NCBI GenBank assembly: GCA_011109175.1
Contig: RDEW01000015.1
Span: forward strand, 514,310-578,309
Length of the DNA stretch: 64,000 nucleotides
From: Dicyema japonicum
Lineage: Eukaryota; Animalia; Dicyemida
Direction of reading: 5' to 3'
Shown here piece by piece: positions 27,421-39,216 of the stretch. The stretch's first letter is position 1. Every line of letters starts with the position of its first letter. A program made the position numbers and the translations under genes. The notes beneath the pieces were generated by a model. It did not search any database. It had not been told where the DNA came from and saw nothing but the letters and a program-made list of their open reading frames with translations.

Positions 27421-29149
27421 CTATTTTCTGACTATTTAATTTCAATTGCTATTCAATAATGATGTCTATACTTTTTGTTTTCTATGCTATCTTTGTTTAA
27501 AATTCATAAATGTCGGATTTTTGGGGATTTACTGTTTCACCTTTGTGTAGCACTCGTTTAATTTTAAAATAATAAGAACTAAGTTTTCATGTGGGGCAAT
27601 CATTTTCTCTATTAAACTAAAAGGATCTCATGAAAAACAATTGTTCTCGAGAACGTTTAAGAATTAAAAATATTCATCTTTTACCCTCTAAAGGGTTGAT
27701 CAATGCACAGTTCTACAAGTCATGCCAGACGGATTCGAACTCGGAACATTCGTTTATCAGAAATTTCGTCTATCCGATGTCCCCCAAGTCCATGCGTATT
27801 GGAAGAGGAGAAACGAGTAATTTCATATATCATGAGAAGATGTGGACATTTTGTGCAAAGGTACAGCAACTCGACATTCCGACCAATTGAGGCTAACTAA
27901 TAGATAATGTTAATCTTAAAGACTTTCCGGTGACCCCAATATCGAATTCCATTTTAGTCATCAAATCCTCCATAATGGTTGCATCATCCATGAGTAATTG
28001 GAATCAATAATTTCTTAAGTCATTTCTTACTAAAACGTGGGAAAAAGCCTTCAAAGGTTAATAATAGCTCCAACTGGCTGTAACTTGAGCGGATTGAAGG
28101 TTACCACCATGATCGGGTCGAATGTACTGAAAGAGCCATCCTTCCTCACTTAAATGTTTTAAAGTGGAAAAATTTGGAATGCGACATCAAGCAACTCAAA
28201 TCACTCAAATTTAAGAACCTTCCTTTGAACTTTAGTTCGTGCTGGGACAGGCTAGCTAAGTAGTTAATTAGTCTGAAAGCTGAGGTTGTGGCGTACCTAT
28301 TCGCGCAAAATGTCCTCATCCGGATGTAACCTCCCGCTCCCCCACTCCTGATTACATGAACAAATTGATGGAATGAAGATACATTGGACACTTGAATTTC
28401 CTTTATTAAGAAAGAGCCAAAAATGATCATGATATAAAGGGCGAGTTAGAGACCACAAAGGACCGATCCTCAAGTTAGACAAAGTCGAAATTTTGATTTT
28501 TTACATTAACGTTGAAATGAGATTTTGGGGTCAAGTTAGGGACTAAAATGCATGCTCTGTTGCTGAAAAGGCTGAGAGATCGAACGAGCAAAATACGTGG
28601 TTTTACCAGAAGATGTTTTGTTTGTTCCGCTCCCAGTTGAAGCGTCCGGTTCCCTTGCGCCTTCGACACGGGATTTCCTGGGTTGTCAGCTACGCAGTCA
28701 GGACGTCAACTGTATGACACATGTTGGGTGTTTCTTTTAAATAAAATATTTATTCGATAGAAACAAATCAAGCTCCAGCTACCAAGAGACTGCTGCAGAA
28801 GATGGCGATTTCAAAGCGCTGAGAACCATCTCCGTACACGAGGGATTTCTGATTTGATCATTTTATTTGGCTAGGCCACTTCAATAAATTGATAACCTTG
28901 AATTGTCTAATTTGCATTTGCTTGAATTTACTAACTTTGAAGTGATCAACCTATAAGGACGCTAAAAGTAGATTTTTCTCTGCTTCGAAGGATGATCGAT
29001 CGATGTAGAGTTGCAATAGTAATACATCAAAGTTACAAATCCTCGCCCCAGTTTAAACGATGTCCTACTAAGTGCTTTACGTTGTGTTACCTGTGTTTTA
29101 CACTAAAAATGCGGGAAAAAATATCAATTTTAATAGATTAAAAATAAAC

Positions 29150-29390
29150 TATTATACTGGAGGAAAGGGTGAAAGCATACATCCAAACGTTAGTATTGAG
29201 AAAGACGTTGGAGAGCATGCAAGCTGAAGATAGACATGGAGTATCGATACCTGATGAGGAGGAAAGCTGATAAGGAATGTCGACCTAGGGGAGTCTCGGA
29301 ATGTGGGTTGTGCGACAACGAAAACACACCTATACTGACAATTGACGTTGGCCCCAAGAAGAGGAGATTAGCTAATTAATTAATTACTTG
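29150..29390 (+). mobile_element. 3' end fragment of an R4/Dong-like LINE
   Basis: VKAYIQTLVLRKTLES matches the element C-terminus (TYIQSVVL); ends at gctaattaattaatta. Confidence 0.65.
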
Positions 29391-29419
29391 TGACTCGTTG
29401 TTTCGTTAAAATATTTATT

Positions 29420-30460
29420 TATTTGTATCAAATTGTCTGAGTTGTCAATATAGAAGAATGGCCACGGATTCCTCCGGTTCCACCAAGAACGAGAGAATCC
29501 ACTATGTTTGTCCGTGACACGATCAGAAAATAAACAATCTTTCCACAGACATCTGTCCTCCATCTACTTTCAGCGTAGACACAAGTGAAAACAATTGCGG
29601 GAAAAGGTGTCTTCCCTCGATGACCACGGGATAAAAATTGCGAGGGTGACAAAGGGAACCAAGATCACCTAATTAGTTTGGTTACCTTATTTCTCGGTGT
29701 TTCCTGGGTTTGAAATAAAAAATTTCCAGACTACGGTAACAACAAGCTAACTAATCAAATGATCCAAACAGGCTCGAACAGTAGCTCAAATTGCCCCGAT
29801 GCTCCTCCCCCGAGACCATACAAGCACGTATCGGCCGTATAATCGGATCCTCGTAGTCGCAACTGCAGGTTCCTCAGTTCCTACGTATTAAGGATTCCAG
29901 AGGGATTGGAGACTGGAACTTTCGAGAGGTCCATCGTTTTCTAAGTTTAGAAGCCCTTCTTTGGCTCACTTCGATCTAGGAATTTGTCCAGGAAGTGAAT
30001 GGACCCCATATGGCGCATGCATATTATTTATAAGTCACAGGCTTACAATCTTTGGTAAGCCCAGCACATACAGTTTAACTAATTAATCCAAGGAAGGAAC
30101 CCAAGGGAGAGCATCTGCTTGTGTTGACCAAATCTATCCTCCAATAGTGAATTACAGGCATCCGCTTCAAAGAGAGGTGGAGAAGTAGGTCAGCACTATT
30201 AAATTTTCATCACACGTCCTACCGTCACATAATTCTTCGGCGGAAGAGTTTTCATAATTTAATTTATTTAACCCCAAGACCACCAGGAAAGATAGGTCAA
30301 AACTAACTAATTAGGTGATCCCAGCCTCCAACAACATCCGAACTCTCTTCATTTGGTCTTCTGATGATCAAACCGCATTCCGGAAGCGCCTTCTCTTCCT
30401 TCTGCAGAGTTTTCACAATGTAATCTTCACCAAAGGTTTTGGTCAGGGAGAAGGTAGGGT
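29420..30460. repeat. Cluster of retroelement 3' tail fragments in both orientations
   Basis: gatcacctaattagtt (+, ~29662) and ctaactaa…gatc (-, ~29748 and ~30302) tail motifs. Confidence 0.5.
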
Positions 30461-30569
30461 GATTCGTACAACTAAATATATAAAATTGTAAAAATCTAAT
30501 ATTTAATCAAATATAGACTGTTTTAATTGCAAGTTTATTTTTTAAACTATCCGTTGCTAGGCTGCATAT

Positions 30570-33067
30570 ATGGTGGTTATATGCAAAGTGGAAAAAAGTC
30601 AAAAGGGGAAAATTTGGGCCTGTAAACCTCAGCCTGAAAATAAATATGGGTTTCGGTAAACTTAAATGAATAAAGGTGTCTCTTTGAGATTATTTCTCGT
30701 GGGAAAATCGACAGAGACATAAATAGTTTTCGCAAAATTTCAATAAATCGGTCTTCGAATATTTTAGCGGCTTTTGACTCAGCAAATAACCTTTTTATAT
30801 TCGACCTTGTCTCAAACAGGTCTTTGCTTATATAATTCAAGATATTATCACGCTTTAACGTCCACCTCTAAGTTTACAGCATTACACGTGGACCAGGACA
30901 AAATAATCACTGGTTGCGATGATGCGAGCCTCAAAATAATCGGAATCCATACTGGAAAGGAAATTGTCACTTTTCGGGGGCACAAAGCAGCAATTCACTC
31001 AATCAGAGCTCACAAAACTGGCTTATTTGCTGTGAGCGTGTCTTCAGACTGTGCGTGCTTCTTGGATTTGAATTCTTTCTCAAATTCTCGGAGAATCAAC
31101 ATAGAGGGGGATGAAGAGTTAATCGATGTAAGGAGTCTTATGCATGGTAGGTCATGTTCTCAAACAACTGGTGGACTATTTTGGCTATATTCAGGGACAA
31201 CTCAATTCAAGGAATCTCCGTGGAGGACGGAAAGGTGAACTTCCGACTCCCAACCGAGCACGTGAAAGATTCGGTATTCAAACATTATGTAGTTTCAAAG
31301 TAAATTGGAGTTTGTCAGAGTTTAGAGATGGAAAATTACTTGCTGTTTGTGGAAAATCCCAGACTGCATATTTGTTCTCTCTTGAGACTCACGAACAGAT
31401 ATACACCACTAAAGGAAGGTCGGGGACAATTATTGGCTTGCACTTTGCGGAGTGGAAGATCAACGATGTAAACTCACAGGTTGAGTGTTGATAATATGCA
31501 GTTTTTGCTTCTATTTAAAACGGGGGATGAAATAACTCTCCTGAATACGTCTTTGTGGGAAGAAAAAACATTAGAAAACGTGTTCGGGCACAAATCAGTC
31601 ATGCAATCTATTTCTCTTTCTCCTCATCTTCTCTGTTCTCTCACATACAGCGGCTCAATATTAATCTTTGACTTCAAGAAAACTGTCCTCAAACTCAAAA
31701 AAGTATTTGTTTAGTTCACTAAGTTATTAAAATTCGAACAAACTCCCAAAATCGTGTCAAAGGCCCGGATCTCCCCGAAACGGAATCCAAAAGGAGCACC
31801 CAAAAGGCAAAAAGAATCCTTAAGCAGAGACAAACTACGCCTTCTTCTGAAGCCCTACAATGCCTATCCGAGCAAATATAGACTGTTTATATGGAAGAAA
31901 CTTCTGAGACTCCCAGAAAACTACGAAGCTTATTCGAAGTTGGCGGAAAAGGGTGTCCATGACAGTTTTAAAGAAATCGAAAAACATTTTCCGATCAAAA
32001 ATGGAAAATTACTGCGCATTTTCAAGAAGTTGTGATTGATTTGATTCTCAGAGTTATGTCGGCCATAGCTCACTGGTCCCCAGTTTTGGCATCTTCTGAA
32101 TTCGTCCCTCATATAGCCTTTCCATTCGTGATATTATTTCAAAACAATCATATGACATGCTTTGAAGCCGTGGTCACTGTCCTCGGTAAGCCTATATGAT
32201 CTGATTAGTCCCTCAGTAAACTGGTGTTCCTCTTGGTTCGATTTCCTCCCAGTTGCCCCAATAAATATTCTTGGAATCGTGGAGAACTTGTTGATGTTCC
32301 ACGACAAGGAGCTCATCCAACATTTTGTTTGGAATAACATCACAACAGAGGTCACATTGTCATAAATTTCAGATTTATGCCTGGACATTGATGAGATCGT
32401 TTTTCACGGAGGTGTTCACACGGGAGCAGTGGATTCAATTTTTTGACCACGTGGTTAGTCAAGAGCCAGAATTTTTGTTGTTTTGCGTTATTTCCTACTG
32501 CATCATCAGCCGACGACCACTCCTGAACATGTACCAGCGAGGGGATTTCATGGTAAAGCATTCATTACACATTTAGGCATATTTTCAGCAACAGAGGGAA
32601 ATCGACGTGACTCGTGTAATCAGCGAGGCACAAAAGGCTTCTGATATCACCCCTTCAGATATTCATCCACGTGGATTTTTCAAGCCATTTAGTCCCCTGT
32701 CAGTTGGAAATTATCAAAAACTAGACATAAACCCACAAGCGGTCATCGATTATAACGTATTTGTATAATTTTACTCTACAAGAATAAAGAGAAAAATCGT
32801 ATCCAAAATGAGGGATTCAAGTTAAAATGAAACAAATCCTTAATTTTTAGATGTAACGGAGAAGATCAAGTGACTACAGATGAGCAGTCGGAAGAAGAGG
32901 ACGTTTCAATAGGAAAGCTATTGAACAGCTGTTGGTATAATTCGTTGATTTGTGTAGTTGCCTTCCATAGAGAACGATTTGATGCCCAAAATGCGGGACT
33001 GATGGAGATTTCCCAGCTGAGACAGCGATTTATAGACGATAACAATCAGTATAATATAAATCAATAA
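30570..33067 (+). CDS. TBC1D31: TBC1 domain family member 31 (WD40 + TBC; WDR67)
   Basis: Spliced start GKIWACKP; WD40 FRGHKAAIHSIRAH; RLLLKPYNAYPSKYRLFIWKKLLRLPEN; FPVAPINILGIVENLLMFHDKELIQHF. Multiple ~22-30 nt introns; TAA at 33065-33067. Confidence 0.9.
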
Positions 33068-33080
33068 ACTGTGTTATATC

Positions 33081-33094
33081 GTTGCTATAACAAC
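33081..33094 (-). promoter_or_regulatory. Candidate RFX X-box
   Basis: gttgctataacaac (reverse complement GTTGTTATAGCAAC) fits the X-box consensus GTTNYYATRGCAAC; it ends 60 bp upstream of the Homer ATG. Confidence 0.5.
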
Positions 33095-33154
33095 AAGTTA
33101 GCTTTCACGTTTATATTCGATTTAAATATTCAAAATAGCGTATAATTTTGGCAA

Positions 33155-34106
33155 ATGGAGGATGTATGTGGTCGCTTGTTTCGAATTAATCCAGAGGAAC
33201 CCAAAACGTGGGTTCCAATGTTCGATAGATCCCTAGTTAAGGCAGAGATTACTAAAACCTCTGGCAAAGTGAGGATTTTGTTCTCAAATTCGATCGATGT
33301 TTTTTGTGTCATTTGAATATTATAGTCCTTCATCTCGGTTGTTTCTGATCCTATGCACCGGACTACAGATAAGTTCTTTCAGTGGTTTGATCATGAAAAT
33401 GGAACAAAATTCGGTTTCGGATTTAGCGAAAAAGAGATAGGTGATAAAGTGACCCATTTATCTATAAATCCTTTAGTTTGATGCGTTGATTCAAAGAACT
33501 CCTCAATCTCCCATCAAAAGAGAATTTGTCCAACATACCCTACCGTCTGTAAAGTAAATCTGTTTGAAATTTTGTTTAGATCCTATGTGACTTCCAGGAA
33601 GAACTTCTCTGGGAATCCTGCTCCCGAAGATTTGAACTATTGGAAGAGTGAATCTGCGAAATTGACGGAAGAGCTTGAGAAATTCAAGATGAAGGTTGTT
33701 TAGAAATTACTGACTTAAGGAACGTCTCGTTCTATCATCCGAGATTCAGGAACTGAATAATGAGATTTCTAAATATAAGAGATCACTGGAAACGGAAAAT
33801 GAGGTTGATATTAATAGGTATATGATAGCTAGAAGTACGTGGCAGATGTTAAGTCGCTAACTAGACAATTAGAGGATGTGCTTGCTCAGAATGAGGTTTT
33901 TTGTATAAAATAAAATTAAGGAGTTAAAGAATGAAATTACAAAATTAAGTATCGAAAACAGAAAGGTTTCAGAAGAACTAATGGAGACATCGGCAATGTT
34001 AAAAAAATTTCATAATTCCACCATGAAACTCAACCAAGAAGCCTCGATTCTCAATGATGAGTATCAGAGAGACGTGGCTTTCCAAGAAATGACTAACAAT
34101 CCTTAG
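33155..34106 (+). CDS. HOMER: Homer-like protein (EVH1 domain + coiled coil)
   Basis: Spliced sequence FRINPEEPKTWVP…HRTTDKFFQWFD…KFGFGFS resembles Homer EVH1 (FQIDP..KKNWVP…KTSQKFGQWAD…YGLGFS), followed by a heptad-rich C-terminus. About six tiny introns, the first at 33299-33325; TAG at 34104-34106. Absent from the ORF track because the exons are short. Confidence 0.75.
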
Positions 34107-34380
34107 TTTTTATTGGCAATTCTCTATTATTTGTTCGACTGACTTTATTTGCATTAATTTTGATTTGAGTAGACTACATTGAAGTCAGGTTTTTCATGTG
34201 GGTCACCTCCTCGTGGAGAAAACAGCCTAGATTTGGCGAACAGACCCAATTTCTTTCCTTTATTAAGCATAATCCACTTGAGAGTGGCTACGGGACGGGC
34301 ATCACCAATCCAAGACTTATTTTCTTTAGCAAAGATAGAGCGCTTGGCTATAACAATGAAACACCAGAGACCACGATTAC

Positions 34381-34500
34381 TAAGTTATATGGATCTTAAT
34401 GAACTAATTTCCAAATTATACGGATTATAATGAACTAATTTCTAAATTATATGGATTTTAATGAACTAGTTCTAAAATATATGGATCTTAATGAACTAGT
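34381..34500 (+). repeat. Minisatellite, about 30-bp unit x4
   Basis: ttatatggatcttaatgaacta(a/g)tt(t)c(c/t)aaa repeated four times. Confidence 0.9.
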
Positions 34501-34555
34501 TTTTTTAAATCAATTTTTTTAATTTAAGGAATTATACTGTTTATTTATCGCGAAA

Positions 34556-34805
34556 AGCCGCGTAGCGCTATGTGGTGCTATGTGGCTAATTTGTTAAAAT
34601 TTATCTTCATTCAATCTGATGGCGTCATTGGATCCACTAGAAACGCCCAATGCCTGCCAGGCATTCAAAAGGATCCAACTATTCTTTCACGGAGAGACAA
34701 TTTCCTTATCCGGAGACAAGTTCTGGAATCACTGGAACGCGTCAGGATAAAGGAGCTAGTTAGTTTGGCTTTAACCTTGGTCTTTGGAACAATTTTATTT
34801 ATTTG
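34556..34805 (+). mobile_element. SINE family B copy
   Basis: Head agccgcgtagcgctatgtggtgctatgtggctaatt, core tggatcc…cccaatgcctgccaggcattcaaaaggatcca, tail ctagttagtt…ccttggtctttggaa. Confidence 0.8.
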
Positions 34806-35134
34806 GAATAATTTTACCTAGTCGAGATTAGAATTCCGGCTCGTCCAATATTATTGTGTTTTATAGATTATCCATAACTGAGAGATCATTTGGTCGGGGA
34901 AGATCCTCTTATCAAAATTTTCAAGTGGCTAAAACAACCGCACGTTAAGTCAATGGAAAGTTAAAGATTTCTACTGAAATTAAGATTAATATTGCTGAGA
35001 AAAATTTCAGATCGATTTTTAAGTCAAACTAACTATGTGACCCCACAATTCTTTATCTGACTCAAGGAATTTTTAGTTTTCTTCTAATGCCATCATTCCA
35101 CGTTCTGTATCCATGCCATTCATCTTGGGATTAT

Positions 35135-35560
35135 TTGTTATTCTCCAAGGATCACTAGGTTAATAAAAAAATGTCTTAGCTAGTGATGCCTGTGGTCGAA
35201 CCCGGCGGGGAGTGACATCTTGAACCGTTCTCCACATAAATCCTCCATTTGCCAATATAGAAGGAGCTGATTTATAGGTTGGCCTCTGTCACGATTTTTT
35301 GTTGTCGTTCGAGTAGAAGTGCTTCAAGAATCATAGACTTGGAATTAAGAGTGATGACTTTGTCGTGACTTACTGGATTGTATTCAAATTGTGGATGAAA
35401 TAACGGGAAATGGTCATTACCACGATGCACTATGATAGGTCATAAAAACTGGTGGTTGATGATGATTAGGCATCCAGGGTTTCTTCCAAGAGTTTTTGAA
35501 CCGATCCTTAGGCTCATCATTCTCTTCACCGATGCTGACACTCAGTTTTTTACATTTTTG
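35135..35560 (-). mobile_element. 3' fragment of family C-like LINE
   Basis: End sequence similar to 17279-17500 and 41280-41480. Confidence 0.55.
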
Positions 35561-35799
35561 AAGAAAAAAGTCTCTGGTTAACCATGACTGTTGACTAGGA
35601 TAATCGTATTAAGGTGGATTATCGGTTTGATGTAGACGACAGGTAAACGTGATCGAGTCTTTTGATCGTTTGCTTTAATCCTCTTAAGAGTTGGTGGTCC
35701 TTTGAAAAATTTTTGTGGATAGAGGCATAATACTTAATCATAGAATTAGTTGAGCAAAGCTTTACTTAATCATAGAATTAGTTGAGCAAAGCTTCCTTG

Positions 35800-36201
35800 C
35801 ATCAAAAAGTTAGCGTATTTGATGGTTCTTGAGTCCAAGAATAGAAACAAGAAAATACATCCATATTGAGAGGATATGTATGTTGTCCAATTAAGTCGTG
35901 TCCGACCCTTGGAGATCTCATGAACGAGTTCCCTCCACTCTCCCGATCCGTTGCGATTTGGAGTAGCCTTGATATAGGCATTCTCGTGACGTCTTCCACC
36001 GTGGATAGCCACCGAGTCCTCGGTCGGCCAGGTCTTCTCTTCCCAGTAATATTGCTCAGCATAATGGTTCTTTCCAGTGAATCAGAGCGGACAATATGCC
36101 CAAAGAACGCCAATCTGTGTTTTACGATTCTTCCTTCTAGCGAAATGTCAGTCTCTACCCGTTTGAGAATTGAGAGGATAAAGACATTAAATTTAGTAGA
36201 G
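35800..36201 (-). mobile_element. RTE-clade LINE 3' region (continues at 38309-38480 beyond the hAT insertion)
   Basis: RLAFFGHIVR…GKRRPGRPRTRW…DRES is the typical RTE C-terminus. Confidence 0.85.
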
Positions 36202-38300
36202 TAGGGCACTCCCAGGGGGTGCGAGATTTAGAAAATTTATAGTTAATTTTTTAAGAGGAAATATTTTTCAAATCATAAATCTATTATTTTTATAATTAAA
36301 GGCCCAAATGTTTATTATGTGAAGCTACACTAACGAGAATATGAAACCTTCCAAACTGGAGCAACACTTTCTAAATAAACATGGTGGATCTGATTATAGC
36401 CTCAATGATTTCGAATCTCTAAAGACCAAGAGAGCTCGACATGACTCGCAATTAACTCTTCCAAACTTAAGATTTATACATGGAATAAACCGATTTTGCT
36501 TGCCTATACTTGTAAAATGGCCTATAATATTGCAGTCTAAAAAGCCACATACAGTCGGAGTTGATTTGATAACACCATGTGGTTTGGATAATGGTCTCAA
36601 TACTCGGAACAGAGGCAAGACAAAAAATTGAATCATTGCCGCTATCAAATAATGTAATTCACAGTCGAATATATGAGTTAAGTCATGATATTTTGTCGTA
36701 AATTATTAGAGATCAAGTCCTTTCCATATATCTCTTCAGTTGGACGAATCAACTAATGTCTCTTATTGAGTCAACTAAATAATTCGAAGGAATGGATTTT
36801 GACTCCATTTTCGTATAATCTGAAAAGTATGTCAGAAGATCATGGAAGATCTGATTGATCTTCGAACAAACCTTGTACTACAAATAGAATTTCACAATTG
36901 TACAATGGAGGAGTTTTGGTGTTCAGTAGTGAAAATGTATCCACGATTATCTCAAACGGCTTTATTATTTTTGTCAGTTAGTTAAGTAACCCAGCCTCAC
37001 TAACTTGTAAAAGACCAGCAACTATTAGGTAAGACGCAGCAGATGTTGGTCGCTCCCATAGATCGGTCAGTTCCGGCATTGTGGAGAAACGTTGTGCCAA
37101 TTCATGACATTGAAATAGGTGATTTGTTGTCAGCACGTGGAGGTTGCAAAGGGGGCAGAATGTATCATATGTTGGTAGATATGGGTGGTGCCCACATCGT
37201 AGACGAGCTAGGTTTACTCGCACGTCACTTGAAAGAGAGAATTCTAATTGGTCTATTGGAGAGGGTGCCGCTGTAGTATTTTATTATCATCGAGTTTTCG
37301 GATGGTTCTCGTAGAAATAAAATCGTGTATCTGTTTCAGACGACTCCGATCATACGGGATGGAAGGGATGGATGATAGCATTCGAGACAGGTCACTGGTT
37401 GTCATAATAATTTTCCTTTTAGTGTGCCCCGAGAATTATTTTTTGAAAAGCTCTGTTCTAGACTGTTGGCTTGGGAGAGGAACTGCAGGGCTCTAATTTT
37501 CAGATGGTCTCCAATTGGAAGGATCTTTGACTCCCAATGTAGATGATCGACAGGAGTTGATCTGAGACATCAGTAAGTTTTGTACTTTTTGTAGTTTGTC
37601 AATAGAAGTAAGAGAGGCAGAGGTTGACCAGCAAGGGCTTGCATAGTTAATAGTTGTTCGAATGAATTGTTTATGATGGTTAGGGCTTCTTTGCTTTGGC
37701 CAAAGGAATGGCCTGACACAGCTTTAAGTATGTTGATTTTGTGAGAGGCCTTTGTAAATTGTTCCTCCACATGTTTAGAGAAAGTTAGTAGTTAGTCATA
37801 AATAATTCCAAGTATTTTGGGATGCTTCGTAACGGTGAGTGGTTGTCCATGAATTGTTGAAATTGGTTAAAAATTTAGTTGGCGGCGGTTGGACGTGAAT
37901 ACAGTGACGGTGGATTTCGATGGAGAGGGGGATAGGTGGTTTGCTCCAAGCCACTCTTTAAGAGTGTTCAAATGGATCTGATACATCCTTCGTTGACGTC
38001 TATGTCTTTAGAGGCAACAATCATGTCATCCGCATACAATAGGAGAAGTGTCTTGAATTGATTGGAATGTCTCTTAGGTGTAAGTTGAATAAGGTGGTAA
38101 TAAACGGAGCCTCGTGGAACTTCATTTGGAAGGAGGTTTAATTTAAAGTTTATTGTGTTTGATTGTTAAATTTTTTATTTTTTTATAGATTAGCAAACTT
38201 ATGGTTAAATAATAATAATATAATTAAAAATGTTCTTGGGGTGCGAGAGTTATGAAAAAATATTTAGGGGTGCGAGCTCTAAGAAGGTCAGGAAACCCTG
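36202..38300 (+). mobile_element. Buster/ZBED5-type hAT DNA transposon, internally deleted, with 8-bp TSD
   Basis: MKPSKLEQH, KKPHTVG, LSNNVIHSRI, SLQLDEST, LEEFW motifs; right end …aaggtcaggaaaccctg; identical TAGTAGAG at 36194-36201 and 38301-38308. Confidence 0.85.
36976..38130 (-). mobile_element. I/Jockey-group LINE inserted inside the hAT element
   Basis: LLYADD, PKILG, KINILKAVSGHSFGQSKE, LARLRCGHHPYL…CPLC…HLFQC. Confidence 0.8.
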
Positions 38301-38779
38301 TAGTAGAGATATGCCATAGTGAACAGAACAAGGTCGTCAGTTCAAGCATCTGGCTAATTGGCTACTAAAGATGCCCCAAATTCTCCTCCAACGAGTATAC
38401 AGTTTTTCAGAAGTGCCTTAGCTAACAAAAATCAGCAATCACGGCTAATAAATACATGAAAGTATTAGAATATTAATAAAATACAACTGATGGGTAGATC
38501 TCGAGCGATTTAATCGATATGTAAATTTGCTTATTAATCTCATTATCCGGTTTGGTATAAAAGGTCGAATTTTTACAGGAAAGAAAAACAAGTCAGCAGG
38601 GAACCAAACCTACGGTATCATCAGTATCATCCAAAAATATATTATTAATTGTACCCCGAGAACAAATAAATATATAATCAATTAGGGTTCCCTTGTGCCT
38701 CGAACTTGGTTAAGATTCCTCTTGTGCCATCCGACAGATCCGACAAACTACCTTCTTTTAGGCTCCCCTGTTCCGTGCT

Positions 38780-39050
38780 CTTTTTCGTAAGTTATCGAGA
38801 TTTTTTTGTGTGAGGAATTTACCATTGATTTTGTTAGGTCGTCATTGAAAACAACCGGAAGGGTTATTCTTGGCCTTATTCGGAATTTCTGGGATTCCTC
38901 TGTTGTCATCAATGACCACACGTATTCCTCCTGTGAAACGAGTCGACTCTACTAAGTTTATTATTTGATAATCTCCATGTGGCTGCATTATATATTTTCT
39001 ACCGTGTCGAGAACACGTGAGTAGGTGATTTAGTGTTACCATGAACTTTG
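38780..39050 (-). mobile_element. RLE-domain fragment
   Basis: TLNHLLTC…KY resembles the CCHC/RLE junction of RLE LINEs. Confidence 0.35.
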
Positions 39051-39216
39051 AAATTTTTCATTTCATCATATTAAAATTTTGACTACGAATGTTTTGTAGA
39101 CCAAATTAATGATATAGATAATTAAAAAAATAAAATATAAATTTCACAAAAATTAATTTAAATATTTAAATCCAATAACAACAGCGTGGTTAATTTAATA
39201 GACGTAGTTGCTAAGA

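Noticed and set aside
28140-28720. Possible minus-strand gene
   Set aside because: I could not build a consistent spliced frame or recognise a domain.
34381-34500. CRISPR-like array
   Set aside because: Head-to-tail units with no unique spacers, no cas genes, eukaryotic context: a minisatellite.
35731-35794. 32-bp tandem duplication; also 50020-50190 and 43810-43860
   Set aside because: Simple local duplications with no sign of function.
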